A stretch of DNA of 63,760 bases, filler included, from Lenisia limosa (GCA_001655205.1; 16 parts of 16 records of this genome joined end to end with filler, not necessarily neighbours in it); one strand, 5' to 3'; counted from the whole stretch's first letter, positions 24,805-37,986 are shown. Program-made: numbers and translations. Notes: generated from the sequence alone by a model not told the origin.

Positions 24805-26680
24805 ATGAAATATCAGCAGTCGTTAGTGTACCTTCTGTTTTTAGAGTTCATGTTGGCAGCTTTGGCTTTCGACCAGGAAATTGTGGGTGATCTCAAACTA
24901 TAACTTGACTAGTTGCCCCTCTTACTTCGCATCAATACTCTGATAAGCCATACTCTCATAAACTGGTGATATAATCCAAAAACTATATTTTGGCACAACT
25001 TGATGGCACATTTGTTGTGCGTTACAGTACCAATGAGCATGGTTGTTATAATATATATGTTCTCACGTATTCGAATATTGATCACATTGTAGTTAATACT
25101 ATGTTTTTGATTGGATTGGAAAGAACGTAACGCTACAGCTTTGTTAACTTGAAATAGTTGTGCATGACTGATGGCAGTTGTTTTGGGGAGAGGGAAAGTA
25201 ACTAAGTCGTCGCTATTGCTGTTTACATATTTATTTCTCTTTTATCGACCCCAGTTTATAATATTTCAGATTCTTGGGAAAGATGCTTCATTCACTGAGG
25301 CAGTTTATACTGTCAATCACAACCCCAGCATCAAGGTAGGCAATGAATCTAATGCACTTCTGCAAATTGGCTTAATATTGCTTTTTTTTGTACCAGACAT
25401 TTCAGTCAATGGACGATAGATTCTAACAGCTTCAGTATCGCCTCACTGTTCCGAAAGAACTTTCACACATTGAGTAAGCTGGGATATCGATTTCATTATC
25501 TCTCTGATCTACCACACACCGGCTCATCTAATTCCAACATCATGCGTTACTCTTTTTCACCCTTTCAGCTGCAACCATGCGGCCTTTAATGACGTTGAGG
25601 TTGAAATTGCCGGATATGGCGTGATGATCTTTGAAGACCCAGAATGTAAAGGGCTTCAGTCAATTAATATGTGGTCACTCTCTAATCAGCATCATCCATA
25701 TGTGTCCTCAAGATATGTTTATTTGGTTACCATGAATTGATTTCTTCCCCTTAAATTAGCTCATCATTTCAGCTTGTTTTTCTCTGAGTAACTCCCGCCT
25801 TTCTCTTGCTGATGTTAATATCAAGGTCTGTAGTGTTCTCTTATGAATTGGACAATGCTGTTTGTGTACCTTCCAAACTCTTTACTTTTCAGACACTTGG
25901 AGAAACCAAAGAAGCCTGCTTTGATTTGGAAAACTCCTTCTTGTCTACCACTGTTGGGGGGGATTGAAAGGGGAATGGGAAGTGTAGCATTGGGCATGAA
26001 AAAGAGAAGCATAATTTCCCTACATCCTAAAGTAATTTACAGTCTGTATTAACTCAAACAACCCTATTGTCAGTTAATAAGATGTTGTATTATGCTATAT
26101 GACCGTTTAGAACATTTCCGTTGTCACCTACGGACAGCCTCTTTTCAACTCTGTCAAATCCTCCATCGTTCTCTCACACTCTGATGTGGGCCCACTGAAC
26201 ATTCGTTTGTTTTGTTTCTGGCTTCTTAAGCTACCCAATTATAGCACCTAGATTAATTACTTTCAGGCAACTGCGGATGAGCATAGCTTCGCAACAATGG
26301 TGCATTCTAATTTCACAATGGTTTGCTAGCTTCTCACAATACGACATCACCACCACGATATGGATGACGCATTGACAACCCAGGACATGACCACAGCCAT
26401 TGGGGTATCTTACGACATTTCCAAGGGGTCAAAGCTCAACATCAAGGACTCAACCTGGATGAGCCACGGCAAATCCTTGTATGTTTTCTATTACTGATGA
26501 TATTCGTTCTAGCTATCTATGTCATCTTTTTTGGCTTATTTTCATGATTTTTTTTTTTTTTTTGTTATAACAGCCCAGTATTTCGGACAGCACCTTGGAT
26601 GTGAACTCTCTTTTCTTCGACTGTGATCGTGAGTTTGTGAGCGCCGCAGTCACCTTCACTGTGGGTCGGACTGCTTGGTG
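24805..26680 (+). CDS. Unknown multi-exon protein with N-terminal hydrophobic segment and tiny introns (model incomplete)
   Basis: MKYQQSLVYLLFLEFMLAALAFDQEI; AQLDGTFVVRYSTNEHGCYNIYV; CNHAAFNDVEVEIAGYGVMIFEDPEC; NISVVTYGQPLFNSV; a 30-nt GT-AG intron before LLTIRHHHHDMDD; PSISDSTLDVNSLFFDCD. Confidence 0.45.
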
Positions 26681-26739
26681 ATGATCTTTGAATTATTTTT
26701 TAAAAAATGTTTATTGTTTTAGAACTGTATTATTAAGGG

Positions 26740-29150
26740 CCCTGAGCTTAAAACTCATGAAATCACTCTCAGCTTTGATTCGTGGGGGAGGGGTGACTGT
26801 TTTGATAATTGAAAGCAAGGGACACTGGAATGCGACAATTAACTTTATCGTGATGGCTTCCTTTGGGGTTTTTTATATGATAGTGTTCATAAATGGTGCG
26901 TTATTCAGATTGTTTTACTCCAATTTAGGTCGACAGTTGAAATTGAAGGTGATGTTGTCTTCCATACCCACCACCAAGATACCATTTTACTTGAGAACAG
27001 CTCCTTCACATACTCCGGAGATGTNNNNNNNNNNNNNNNNNNNNNNNNNNNNNNNNNNNNNNNNNNNNNNNNNNNNNNNNNNNNNNNNNNNNNNNNNNNN
27101 NNNNNNNNNNNNNNNNNNNNNNNNNNNNNNNNNNNNNNGGTACGACTATACCATTATGTATAGACATAGTAAACTGTGGCTTTTTTTTCACTCTGGTTTC
27201 CCCGTTACCATATTAGGGAATTCGTCTGTCTTCGCGCAACCGCTGCTTTAGCCTCGATAAGTCCAAAGCAACAATGGGTCATGCCTATTTCGACTGCAGT
27301 ATCGGGTGAGTTCTTTTGGTCAATGTGTTCTATTTTCGTTCTGGTTTTTTTGGGCTACGAATGGGTGACATCAGGATTTACTTGTACACAGGGCCCATTT
27401 GAAGGGAGCGTCTGAATTTCACGTGCACGGTGTTGAACAGGTTGGTTGCCTTTTTTTTGAAGAGTATTGTTGCGCAATGAATGCTGGTTGCCCTAGTATC
27501 TGATAGAACTGTGAATGATAAGGCTTGTTTTATCACAATCACATAAATAGTATTCTGTGGGTGATAGAGTTAGCAGTCCTCTCATGCAATCCTCTTAATC
27601 CCCAGGCACCCAAAAAGAAGAACTGCTCCCAAAGCCTCAGTTCAGGCAATGTATGCGACTTTTCATAACGTCGTGTAGTTTGATATGTTATTATTGTGGT
27701 AGACTATGGGCTTTTATTTTTTTGATATATTGAAGTTACGTTTAAACGGATCAATATTTACAGTGATACCATTATTCATTGCCAATACCAATAAAAAAAA
27801 TATGTGTTTACAGTTCTTCATACTCCTTCGGTTCAGGTTTTGTTTCCTGAAAAGTGAAATAAAGAAAATCAGAAAATTTCTTATTCGTTAAAGATAAAAT
27901 TGACATGTATTATGATATCTTCTTTCCAATTCTAAAAAAAAGCAACATAGAAATCATTACAACTTAATAAGAAGTACTATTTTTTTGGCAACATAAAACA
28001 GATGCCATACAACCCACCTCGCTTTTGACATCGTAGCGGTCATCACCTAGTGAGCCTTCCTTCAGCTGTTACAGAGCGTGCCATACATATGATATGATAG
28101 TATATGATTTAGTAAGAAAAATAATGAGAATGTAATGTAAAACAGAAATATTATTCCCTGTCACTCCTACTTTCCATGTTGTACCCCCAACCATTCCTGG
28201 AATATCTGAAAACTTGTCAGGGTAAGCCTTCCATATTTTGGCCTCATATTTGCGGTACTCCAGCGGTACTTTTGTGACAGCTCTCTCTTCCATGTTTTCA
28301 AGGAGCTGAGGNNNNNNNNNNNNNNNNNNNNNNNNNNNNNNNNNNNNNNNNNNNNNNNNNNNNNNNNNNNNNNNNNNNNNNNNNNNNNNNNNNNNNNNNN
28401 NNNNNNNNNNNNNNNNNNNNNNNNNNNNNNNNNNNNNNNNNNNNNNNNNNTTAGGACAACAGACGAAATCAAAATAGTCGAAATTACAACTTGGTGTGAT
28501 ATTTCCTTTTTCAAATATTCCTTCATTTAAATCTATGCCCCTCCCCACCGCCTCAGCCATCACTTTATGAAGGCCTGTAAAGAGGACTTTGGTGTACTCC
28601 AGGTTAGTGATGAACCGAATTGCCTCCTTCCACTCGGGATGGTCCCGCATGGCTGAACAGTCAATTCTCCGTTTCAAAATGAAGAAAAGTTGGTCTTGGT
28701 TTTATCCAGCAATTTCATCAAAAAAAAAAAANNNNNNNNNNNNNNNNNNNNNNNNNNNNNNNNNNNNNNNNNNNNNNNNNNNNNNNNNNNNNNNNNNNNN
28801 NNNNNNNNNNNNNNNNNNNNNNNCATGCTTCAATTTGAAATGAAAACTCAGCTGCAACTAATACGTTCATTGAGAGCCGGAGCATATCTGGGTCGGGATT
28901 AGGGGAAATCATATTTGAAGTGTTTTAAATTAATAGTATAGTATGTGTATTTAGATGATGAGGATACCTTGCAACCCAAGATTACTATGACTTTACTTCC
29001 AGCATTTACCACAAGAAGAATGCACTTGCACTGATACCCCTTCCCACCACTGGTCTTATCAGGGCTGAAGGTGAAAAGAGAATTTCCCTCACTATCTCTA
29101 CCGGCCTCCAGCATTTCGTCGTAGCTCGTCTCAATAATCTGATGAATAAA
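26740..29150 (-). pseudogene. Decayed unknown ORF(s), possibly transposon-borne
   Basis: Long intron-poor coding-like stretches with stops and frameshifts: FTFSPDKTSGGKGYQCKCILLV; RDHPEWKEAIRFITNLEYTKVLF; EYRKYEAKIWKAYPDKF. Confidence 0.4.
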
Positions 29151-29399
29151 ATGCGCAAAACTTCATCATTCTGAAAGCAATTTATTAAATTTGGCAAATG
29201 CAACCAAAAATTGAGTACCATGATTAAATTATTGAGTGAAATGTAAGACATGCACCTGAACTAAAGGATATTCATAATTGATTTCATAATATAGCCAAAT
29301 AGTAGTACTATCACATATATTACTATATATATCCATAACACATGCAATAAAAAGAAATACACATTTGACAACACTATATTACAGACTCACGTTAAACAA

Positions 29400-30100
29400 G
29401 GCGTTGAGCGGTTCACCACAGGCGTGTGCCGCGTACTCCTCTCCGGCCAAAGCACTAAGCGGTCAAGAACAACACTTGTTGTAACTAGGAAATGGTGTGA
29501 CGAAGGAAAGACTTGCTAACAAGATAATTATATCCCAGCGAAGTAGTAGTACATGAAACAAATAAAAGATAGAAAAGAGCAACATTCTTATGTACGTTCC
29601 CTTCGGATAATAAAAAGGCCCAACCCCACGTACAAACGCTTTACAGCAACATGCTGCTGGAGCCTCTTCTTACTAACGTCCTTCCTGTTGAATTAAAAAT
29701 GCTGAAATCAAGATAAACCATTAGTATTGCGTGCCTGGTATCGGGAAAGTGATGAAAATTATGATGAAAAGATAAAATAATGTCCATACTTGAATTGTTT
29801 GAGACTTTCATGAACATCATTTTCGATTCTCCTCTAGAATGTATAAATAATAAAATGAAAAGGGGAACGGTGGAAAAGGCAAATCTGATGTGTATGGCTT
29901 TTTGGCGTTTTTTAAAATACGAATTGCTCCTCTCTCTGAACCTACATTCCTCTCAGACTCAACTGCCTCAATCACACCTGAAACAGAGTAAGGATGGCAA
30001 TGGTAAGGCATAATCATGAAGGAGGTCATATATTCATTTTCTTACATATTGAAGTACAAAGGAATAGAAGAATCGCCACAAGACGCATAGGGGAACTCAT
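29400..30100 (-). CDS. Small putative secreted protein, head-to-head with DBP8
   Basis: MSSPMRLVAILLFLCTSI|..VIEAVESERN|RIENDVHESLKQF|KDVSKKRLQQHVAVKR, with GT-AG junctions. Confidence 0.35.
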
Positions 30101-30406
30101 TTCCGTATTCTGGCTCCTCTACATTCCCGTTTTCCTATACCTCCACAACTCTCTTATATCCGATTTACTATTTTAATATCTCTTCAACAACGTGTATGTC
30201 AGGCTGTCTTGGTAAATGCTTTGGTTTTTCGATGAAAAGGAGTGTTTCATGTAGGGTTTATACCTTCTTTTCAGGGCAATTTCCGGTGAATTGTTGGCCT
30301 TTCTGCCTCACTTCTGCCTATATAGCAACGATAATAACTTAAGACTATCTAATAGACCGGATAAAACCACAATTTGCAAACAGGCGTGTGAGGGACTTGA
30401 TCAGTC

Positions 30407-31046
30407 ATGGTGGAATTGGACAGCTTCAAAAAGCTTGGGCTGAATAAGTCCATATGCGAGCTTACTGACAAGCATCAAATGTTTACACCAACGCCCATTC
30501 AACAGAATTGTATCCCTGAAGTTCTCAAAGGTAATTTTCATCTTAATTGAATATTATTGGTTTTTTATATCGTTGACTAAAGCTGGACTTGAAAGGACTA
30601 TTGTACATTGAATCCCCCCACGCCCTACAATGGGTTTAGTTTTTTTAATCAGTAGAGTGGATTTTTAGCTTTTTGTGTTTCATAAGACACTCCCCTGACC
30701 CTCCAGGACGGTTTCATAAGACACTCCCCTGACCCTCCAGGACGAGACGTCATTGGGAATGCCCACACAGGTAGCGGTAAAACAGCCTGCTTTGCCCTGC
30801 CCATCATACATGACCTGTTGAGAGAGCCTTATGGCATCATGGCTCTTGTTCTCACTCCAACTCGGTGAGCTTGCCTCTTTGCCTGTGATCCCCTATTGTC
30901 AAAACATCAATCCTTTTACTTCTTCTTTGATTCTAATGTATCTTTCGTCTTATTGTGTAGTGAACTTGCGCTTCAAATCAAGGACCAATTCACAGCCTTT
31001 GGAAAGCCCTTTCACATCCAGGCAACTGTGGTTACTGGCGGGATGG
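30407..31046 (+). CDS. DBP8: DEAD-box RNA helicase DBP8/DDX49, 5' part
   Basis: Exons 30407-30530, 30741-30864 and 30961-31046 give [67 protein letters not shown]. Confidence 0.85.
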
Positions 31047-31819
31047 GTGGGTGGGTTATCATTTCAGTCTGAGGATGATAATGTAATACTATACTGGATA
31101 AAAGANNNNNNNNNNNNNNNNNNNNNNNNNNNNNNNNNNNNNNNNNNNNTTAATTAATTAANNNNNNNNNNNNNNNNNNNNNNNNNNNNNNNNNNNNNNN
31201 NNNNNTGATAGAAAACCATGAGATTTTTTTTTTAAAAAAAAAGAGATCTAAAAGTCAGAATCACATATAGGTGAAGGTACATTATTGTCCACTTTTAAAA
31301 TGTTCCGTATTTTTGACTGGGCGCAAGTATTTGGTTTTTTTTGACCAAAATCTACCCCTTAACACACCCTTTTTAAAAAAGATTTCAAGTAATTTAACTG
31401 TAAACTATCCTTTTCAAGATTAGTTTATTTATGTGCAAGTTTGACGACTGCTTTCACAAGCTTCCTGAAAAAGTATGCTGGTTAAATTAAAAAATTAATA
31501 TCTTTATTCCTTGAATGATATAACATTTACGCTGTATCACGGTATGGAGCGAAATCATGATCTACTCTTCAGTTCTTTTCACAATTGAACCAGTATTCAA
31601 AAAAATCACTTTTTTTAGAAGCAACACAAGTATGAGTGGCTTCGCATTGAGGTCAGAAAACAGAGGACAAGGTTTGATAACCTTGCAAATCATGAAAAAA
31701 TTGCATCTTTGAAGATTATTTGTGATGACGTGGGAAGAGAAGTACCTGCATTGAGAGACATTCAGACAATGTTGAATGTTGGAGGGGTGTGTAGTATCTT
31801 GAATCACCNNNNNNNNNNA

Positions 31820-32343
31820 TATCTTCAAAAACTCTTGTTGGGAAGTACTTGAATGGAGCAGTCTCGAAGGCAGTTGGTGCACCCCATAAGCTTCACACCG
31901 AACTTGAACCTGCATTTGTGTCTTCACTTCTTGAGTTGATTTTGACAGGCAACCCACCTTCAACTGCTGAATCTTTGGAAATTGTTGGTGGGGTTGGGGG
32001 TGAAGGGGTGCACTAAATTGCATATTCTTTTTACCTATTCAGGCGTCAGACATCATCACTAAACACACTGGGGAAAAGCCAACTTTCATTAAAAACTGGT
32101 TTCCAAGATTTCTGAAACAGTTTCCACTTTTAAAATTGACTGTAGGAGGGCTGTATTGATAAAAAGAATGGTACGTACTGCCCTCCCCATTAATTAATTT
32201 AGAGCCCCAATTCCCTTGATAAGGCCAGGTCAACTGCTATGGATGCTGCAAGGTATATGCAGCATATCGCTGCTCTCTCCAAGGTCCTTGTCGACCATGA
32301 AGTGCATCCAAAATTGATTTACAATTGTGACGAGACAATGATT
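31820..32343 (+). mobile_element. pogo/Fot1-type (DDE_1, CENP-B HTH) transposase gene with introns, truncated by contig end
   Basis: Exons ~31820-31983, 32043-32141 and 32203-32343 give SKTLVGKYLNG..GAPHKLHTELE..GNPP..|ASDII..KNWFPRFLKQFPLL|..DKARSTAM..HPKLIYNCDET. Confidence 0.8.
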
Positions 32344-33067
32344 NNNNNNNNNNNNNNNNNNNNNNNNNNNNNNNNNNNNNNNNNNNNTTAATTAATTAAN
32401 NNNNNNNNNNNNNNNNNNNNNNNNNNNNNNNNNNNNNNNNNNNCCAAAATGAAACCTCGGAGTGTCAGGATTTTTCCATGGATGTGATGTTCAGCTTTTT
32501 CTCTGAATATTTACATAGGGCTACAAAATGGCGAAGCATTTTATTCGTAGCGCCTGCCGCCAAAACTGAAATAAACGTTGTAATTTTGACTTGGGATATA
32601 TAAAATGGTATTTAGTTGCTAATAATGTCGAGGTACCTAGAAGCGATGATTTCAAAGCTCAAGTAATCCCATACACATGCTCAAGGTGCAAAATTATGTC
32701 GTTAGTTCGAAATAATGTCGGTGGACAAGAAACGCCTTCCTTGAACCATCAAGGTGCGTCAGATATCTAAATGGACGTCATGAACAATAAGTCAGTGTTT
32801 CACACATAAGGAGTACCGCCAAACCATTTTATTAATTAATACCCAAGCATGTGTTATGAAAGAATAATAAAAAAGGGAAGAATTTTCACGTTCGTTCTGA
32901 GGTCCTGCAGGGTTGGTGGCAGTGTCTATGGGCTAAACACCTCGGCAGTCTCGGCATTGTCGTTGTAGACTGTCTTGATTAGAAAGAGTCTCCAAAAAAA
33001 CATAAAAACACATGATGTACCTATTTACATACAATATAGTTAAAATTAAGGCGCCGATAACCCTTGC

Positions 33068-33211
33068 CAAACGAAATGAGCTGTCAAATGGCGGCTGATG
33101 GCAGATGTAGTTGAGACGGGAGGATAAGTGATATTGTTGCAGTCCTCACACGTATTCCGTCTACTCCATCCCACTTTCGAGACGTACTTGACTGTGAAGA
33201 GCTTTTGAGTT
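33068..33211 (-). CDS. BED-type zinc-finger exon
   Basis: KVGWSRRNTCEDCNNITYPPVSTTSAISRHLTAHF: an upstream W, then CxxC...TSxxxRHLxxH, bounded by AG and GT. Confidence 0.55.
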
Positions 33212-33867
33212 CTGTGATGTTAAAGAACGTCATTCAGTGTGCTCAGAAAGAGGACATTTTCTTTAAGGTAAATAACAGGTTACCAAAACAAAACACTTTT
33301 TCAATAGCATGCAGTTGAGTACATGTCTCTAGATGCATATTGGGCTGGCCATCAATTAAAAAAGGGTATTTGTCATATTTAAATTGAGTTATTGCTCAGG
33401 ACAAGGCCAGAATTCGACTAAAGAAACGTATTACTAAAATACCATCCATACCTGTTAATTCATGGATTTGGGGCTCCGTTAAGATTACGTAATAAATCTG
33501 GTTTGGGACCTGCTTTCAATACTCTATCAAATTCTGCATTTATTTTATTTTAAGTTCCTCTAATTCCCTGTTTACACTGTTTCAAATTATCTATTTCCGA
33601 CTTTAGGCTGTTTCATATTCCTCTAACTCCGCATTTAGACTGAAAAAGGTATTGACATTCTCATTACTGGTGGTGACAATGCTGACGGAGTGGGGGGGGG
33701 GGGTTATTGNNNNNNNNNNNNNNNNNNNNNNNNNNNNNNNNNNNNNNNNNNNNNNNNNNNNNNNNNNNNNNNNNNNNNNNNTTTTTTTTTTGATACTTTT
33801 CATTCTTTCTTGTCAATTTATGGGTAGTAGTAGTATTTGATATGTATTATTTTGAGCGATCCTTAAC

Positions 33868-34009
33868 TAGAGCTTCATTTATGGTTCCATAGGACATGTT
33901 AAATATCGATATTTATCGGGAATTTATCGAAGATTTATCGAGGATTTATCTATGGAGGATTAATCGATATTTATGAAGGATTTCTCGTTGAACCGAAAAT
34001 GAGGCTCTA
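33868..34009. mobile_element. hAT-type MITE with expanded internal ATTTATCGA units
   Basis: tagagcttcattt..ggttcc ... gaaccgaaaatgaggctcta, enclosing several gatttatcga units. Confidence 0.65.
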
Positions 34010-34025
34010 TCCTAATACCCCTCAG

Positions 34026-35304
34026 ATCGAACAGAGCGCCACCATTCACTTCACCTGTGATATGGAGGCCGGCAAGGGCATCCCCTCCGTGTCCGAACTT
34101 TCCAGTACAAGGTGGGCGGGGGGGAGGGGGGTCTATATGCAGTGACCAGGATAAGTCTTGACCTATTTTCCTGGGGAAATCATATGGGCTCCACTTCGGT
34201 TCTCACCAATCCAGCCTCACAAGCCTCATAAGGCAGGTTCTGGTGTATTTATTTCTCACCTATCCAGCCTGACAATTGCTTGGCCGACGGTCTTTGCCTG
34301 CGACGTCTGCACCCCCGACCAACTTAGACAAATCAAGGTTGGATTGCGGGCTTATAAAACTGGGTTGGTTTTGTTGAAATATGGATTGTCATTGTTGGGA
34401 ATATACTAGGTGAAATGTGAGATATGGGATAAAACATCGATCAAATAGTGGAATAACGGATAAATGGTGAAATATGAAAATGACGTGAGATTGCAAACAA
34501 AATTCTCCCCGATTCTAACTCCTCGATTCCATAACTATATCTTTGGAGACCAAAAATAATACATGGGTTTGACACAAACCGCCAGTACAAAATGATCAAC
34601 ACCGACCTCATAAAGCTCAGTATTCATATCAGGACTTTTCATCCAAAGCGGGTGTTCCTTTCATTAACCTGCCCCATTCACCCTGTTAGTAAGCAGGAAA
34701 CTAGCATCACCTTCCGCTCACATAAACAGGGAGCCTGCGAGAACGGCCAAAGGACGATTGAATGGGCTGTCAAGGATGATGTTGACTGTCTCATGCAGGG
34801 GGTGGACTACATTGTAGGGGGGATATATCATAATATAAAAATTAAATGGGGGGTTTTGGTTCTTTTTTGTTGATAACTTTTCTATTGTTACCCTCTTAGC
34901 TTCAAGTCGAAAGCTGCTCTGAAGTTTCGGTAAACTCCTACGTGCTTTTTGCTATTACTGGTGCTGCTATTTCTGTCGCTGGAGTGTCGTGTTGTCTCTT
35001 CAGGAAGAACAGGAAGCTGTATAGGTCGGAATAGCTGCTGGATTTTTTTAGGTTCATAAGTTACCCATTGTATCTCCCAACTTCTTACACGTCCTTCACA
35101 TATTTCTTATCTAAGATCATGCTATGTTCACGATGGGGTGCGGTTTGAGCTTTTTTTGTTTCATAAATTTTCCTGTTTCACTCCCCCCCCCCCCAGCCAG
35201 TACCAATCTCTCCAAATGAGGTCATCTGGTAACGATGGTGACGAAATGGGCTTCTTCCCCGAACAAACTGACACCTCGATTGGCACGATTGATGTGGGAG
35301 GGAG
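34026..35304 (+). CDS. UPF0577/ELAPOR(EIG121)-like type I membrane protein, 3' part
   Basis: Exons 34026-34111, 34268-34337, 34730-~34812, 34900-35024 and 35197-35304 give AWPTVFACDVCTPDQL..GACENGQRTIEW..DC, a TM helix, then CLFRKNRKLYSQYQSL. This matches the family C-terminal pattern from memory. Confidence 0.6.
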
Positions 35305-35324
35305 GTACTATAGTTAGGGCTTCA

Positions 35325-35413
35325 CTTCGTTTCGAAAAAAGATCAATTTCTCGATAAATTGTTAAAAACTATCGATATTTTACCGGTCTTTTTTGAACCG
35401 AAGTGAAGACCTA
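35325..35413. mobile_element. hAT-type MITE
   Basis: tagggcttcacttcgtttcgaaaaa...ttttgaaccgaagtgaagaccta. Confidence 0.8.
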
Positions 35414-36364
35414 ATTATATCATTGGTTGATGAGTATTAAAATAAGTCATAACCCCCCCCCCCNNNNNNNNNNNNNNNNNNNNNNNNNNNNNNNNNNNNN
35501 NNNNNNNNNNNNNNNNNNNNNNNNNNNNNNNNNNNNNNNNNNCCCCCTTTTAATAATATATGATATTGGCATTTTCAAGGATCTGATTGACTAACGATTN
35601 NNNNNNNNNTAAGTATGTGCCGCTGTGCTCCCCTATTACTCCCCCTCACTATGTCAGCTCCCTTCCCTTATCATACTATATACATATTACTAGCATACTA
35701 GAACCTTCCTGCTCACTATATCAGGACGTCCCTGAGAGAACCACTCGAACACTTGAGCCGTCCCTTGATCAAGTCGGACTGTAGCCCCCTTTTAATAATA
35801 TATGATATTGGCATTTTCAAGGATCTGATTGACTAACGATTAAGACCCGTCCCGAAATTACATAACATTGTATAAATAAAACAAAATTGACACAAAATTG
35901 ACAGAGATAGAAAAATTGAGAAAAATAATGGAATCACATGATCTAAACCACAGACAGCTCTGTGATGATAACTGAGTTACCCGATTCGAGGGTTTTATGA
36001 ACAGGGCACTTGTCACAGATCTTGCTTAGGGCTTCTTCCTAAAGAGATCATAGGGTCTGACCGAAGCCGTTAGGAGATATCTTGGATTATTAGCCGAAGC
36101 CGTTACCATCACGCATAAGATATTATTTTCTCTGGCAGAAGCCGTCAACACCATCATGAATAAGAGATATTGGAAAACAGTATTACATATTATATTGATT
36201 CACGCAACCATTTGTCTTACATCTGTGCACCTTTCTCCATGCCTCAAAATATACTTGTAATATTAGAATGATTGATTATTTATCGAGATGTAATAAAAAT
36301 GGCTTGTCAAAATGGGCTGGCAGTAAAAAAATGTTTGTAGACAAAAATTAACTTCTTTTTTTTT

Positions 36365-37940
36365 TTAATTTTTCCTTTCAACGCTCAAGCCAAATCGGGC
36401 CTTTAGTCTATGAAGTCCCCGGGTACCTTCCCTNNNNNNNNNNNNNNNNNNNNNNNNNNNNNNNNNNNNNNNNNNNNNNNNNNNNNNNNNNNNNNNNNNN
36501 NNNNNNNNNNNNNNNNNNNNNNNNNNNNNNNNNNNNNNNNNNNNNNNNNNNNNNNNNNNNNNNNNNNNNNNNNNNNNNNNNNNNNACACAAAAAAAAAAA
36601 ATAACAAAACAAACAGAGCCAGTCGCTTCTGCAACACCATCTCAATAAAGGAAGGGGAACGGGGCAAACAACAAAGCCCAGCCCTGTATACAATCGAACC
36701 TTTCGGGTTGTCTTGAGGGGCAGCGGGGCATGCACCTGCAGCTAACTTCTTATGTGTCACACTGGGGGGTTATACACCTTATATGAGATCCGGGAGACCA
36801 AATTTACGGATTTTAGACATTTGTTCAAAATTGAAAAAAAAAGGGTGGGGAACATTAGGGGGTCCATTTCTCTATGTATCTGTCGAAGCAGTTTTTCAAA
36901 CACTAACTTTGGCCTATACAAGGTGTCAGTTTCTGTCCGGTGAATTTTGGATGATGTCCGGAGCTCTGAGGACCCACATATATATATCATATAGGTTAGG
37001 CAAGTTTTATGCCTTTAACAAAGGGCTCTCTTACAGTCCAAATCCAAAAAATGACCGAATTTCTCGATAAATTCCCGATAAGTATCGATATTTTATTGGG
37101 TCTTTTTCGGACCAGCGAAGCCGTCCAGATCAAGGTTTCTGGTCGAAGCCGTCCACACCATCACGCTTATCAGTGATATTGAATTATTAATTCGCAATCA
37201 TTTGCCTTACACACAGCTTCCTCACATTTATAATATAATACTCCGCCCGCCCATTTACCTCACATCGACGCCGTCAATTTCGAACTTTTTATGTGCCGCA
37301 TACTGGGGAGGTAAGTTCCGGGGGGGGGGGGNNNNNNNNNNNNNNNNNNNNNNNNNNNNNNNNNNNNNNNNNNNNNNNNNNNNNNNNNNNNNNNNNNNNN
37401 NNNNTCAACTCTGTTGGATGACAAGCCGGTTTCTTCTGATATCTTTATGATCCTAGTTTCAATTTTCTACAAAAAACCCAAAGTATTCATCGTCCCCATA
37501 AGGGCTATATTTCCGGGCACGGATCTGACTCATCAAAAAAGCGAGGATCTGGAACTATAATCCTATTCCCCACCACCCCTCCTTCATGTGGCAATTATCC
37601 ACCACCCCTCCTTCATGTGGCAATTATCCACTCACAAAAAATGTTGCCTTTTTTAAGGTTGCATTACAATAAATGCCAAACGTTTCTTTGTCTCCTACCA
37701 CCCCCCCCCTCTCACCATTTCCAGGGTCATAGCAGTACAGGCTCCGAGTCCAGCCGCAACAAATTCAAACGGGCTAAATAATGAGACTTTGCTTTTGCTA
37801 TATTAAGGGTAGATTTATACCAACAATCTTTACCGAGATTTTTGATGTTTATACCATAGTTATCACATGATGAAAAAAGTGAAGCCCTGCTCATACCTTG
37901 GTCCGGTCTCGGCACCACCAACAGCTTTAGGCTCGTCTGC
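36365..37940 (-). CDS. OsmC/Ohr-family protein, partial
   Basis: Exons 37897-37940, 37716-37773 and 37259-37302 join in frame to DEPKAVGGAETGPSPFEFVAAGLGACTAMTLEMYAAHKKFEIDGVDV, the OsmC-like motif with its first Cys. The 3' exons are uncertain. Confidence 0.75.
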
Positions 37941-37986
37941 CTATCTAGTAAATCTTAACATATTCTATCCAAAATGAAGTCATAAT

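Noticed and set aside
35545-35840. 55-bp duplicate on both sides of small N gaps
   Set aside because: Probably a scaffolding overlap artefact.
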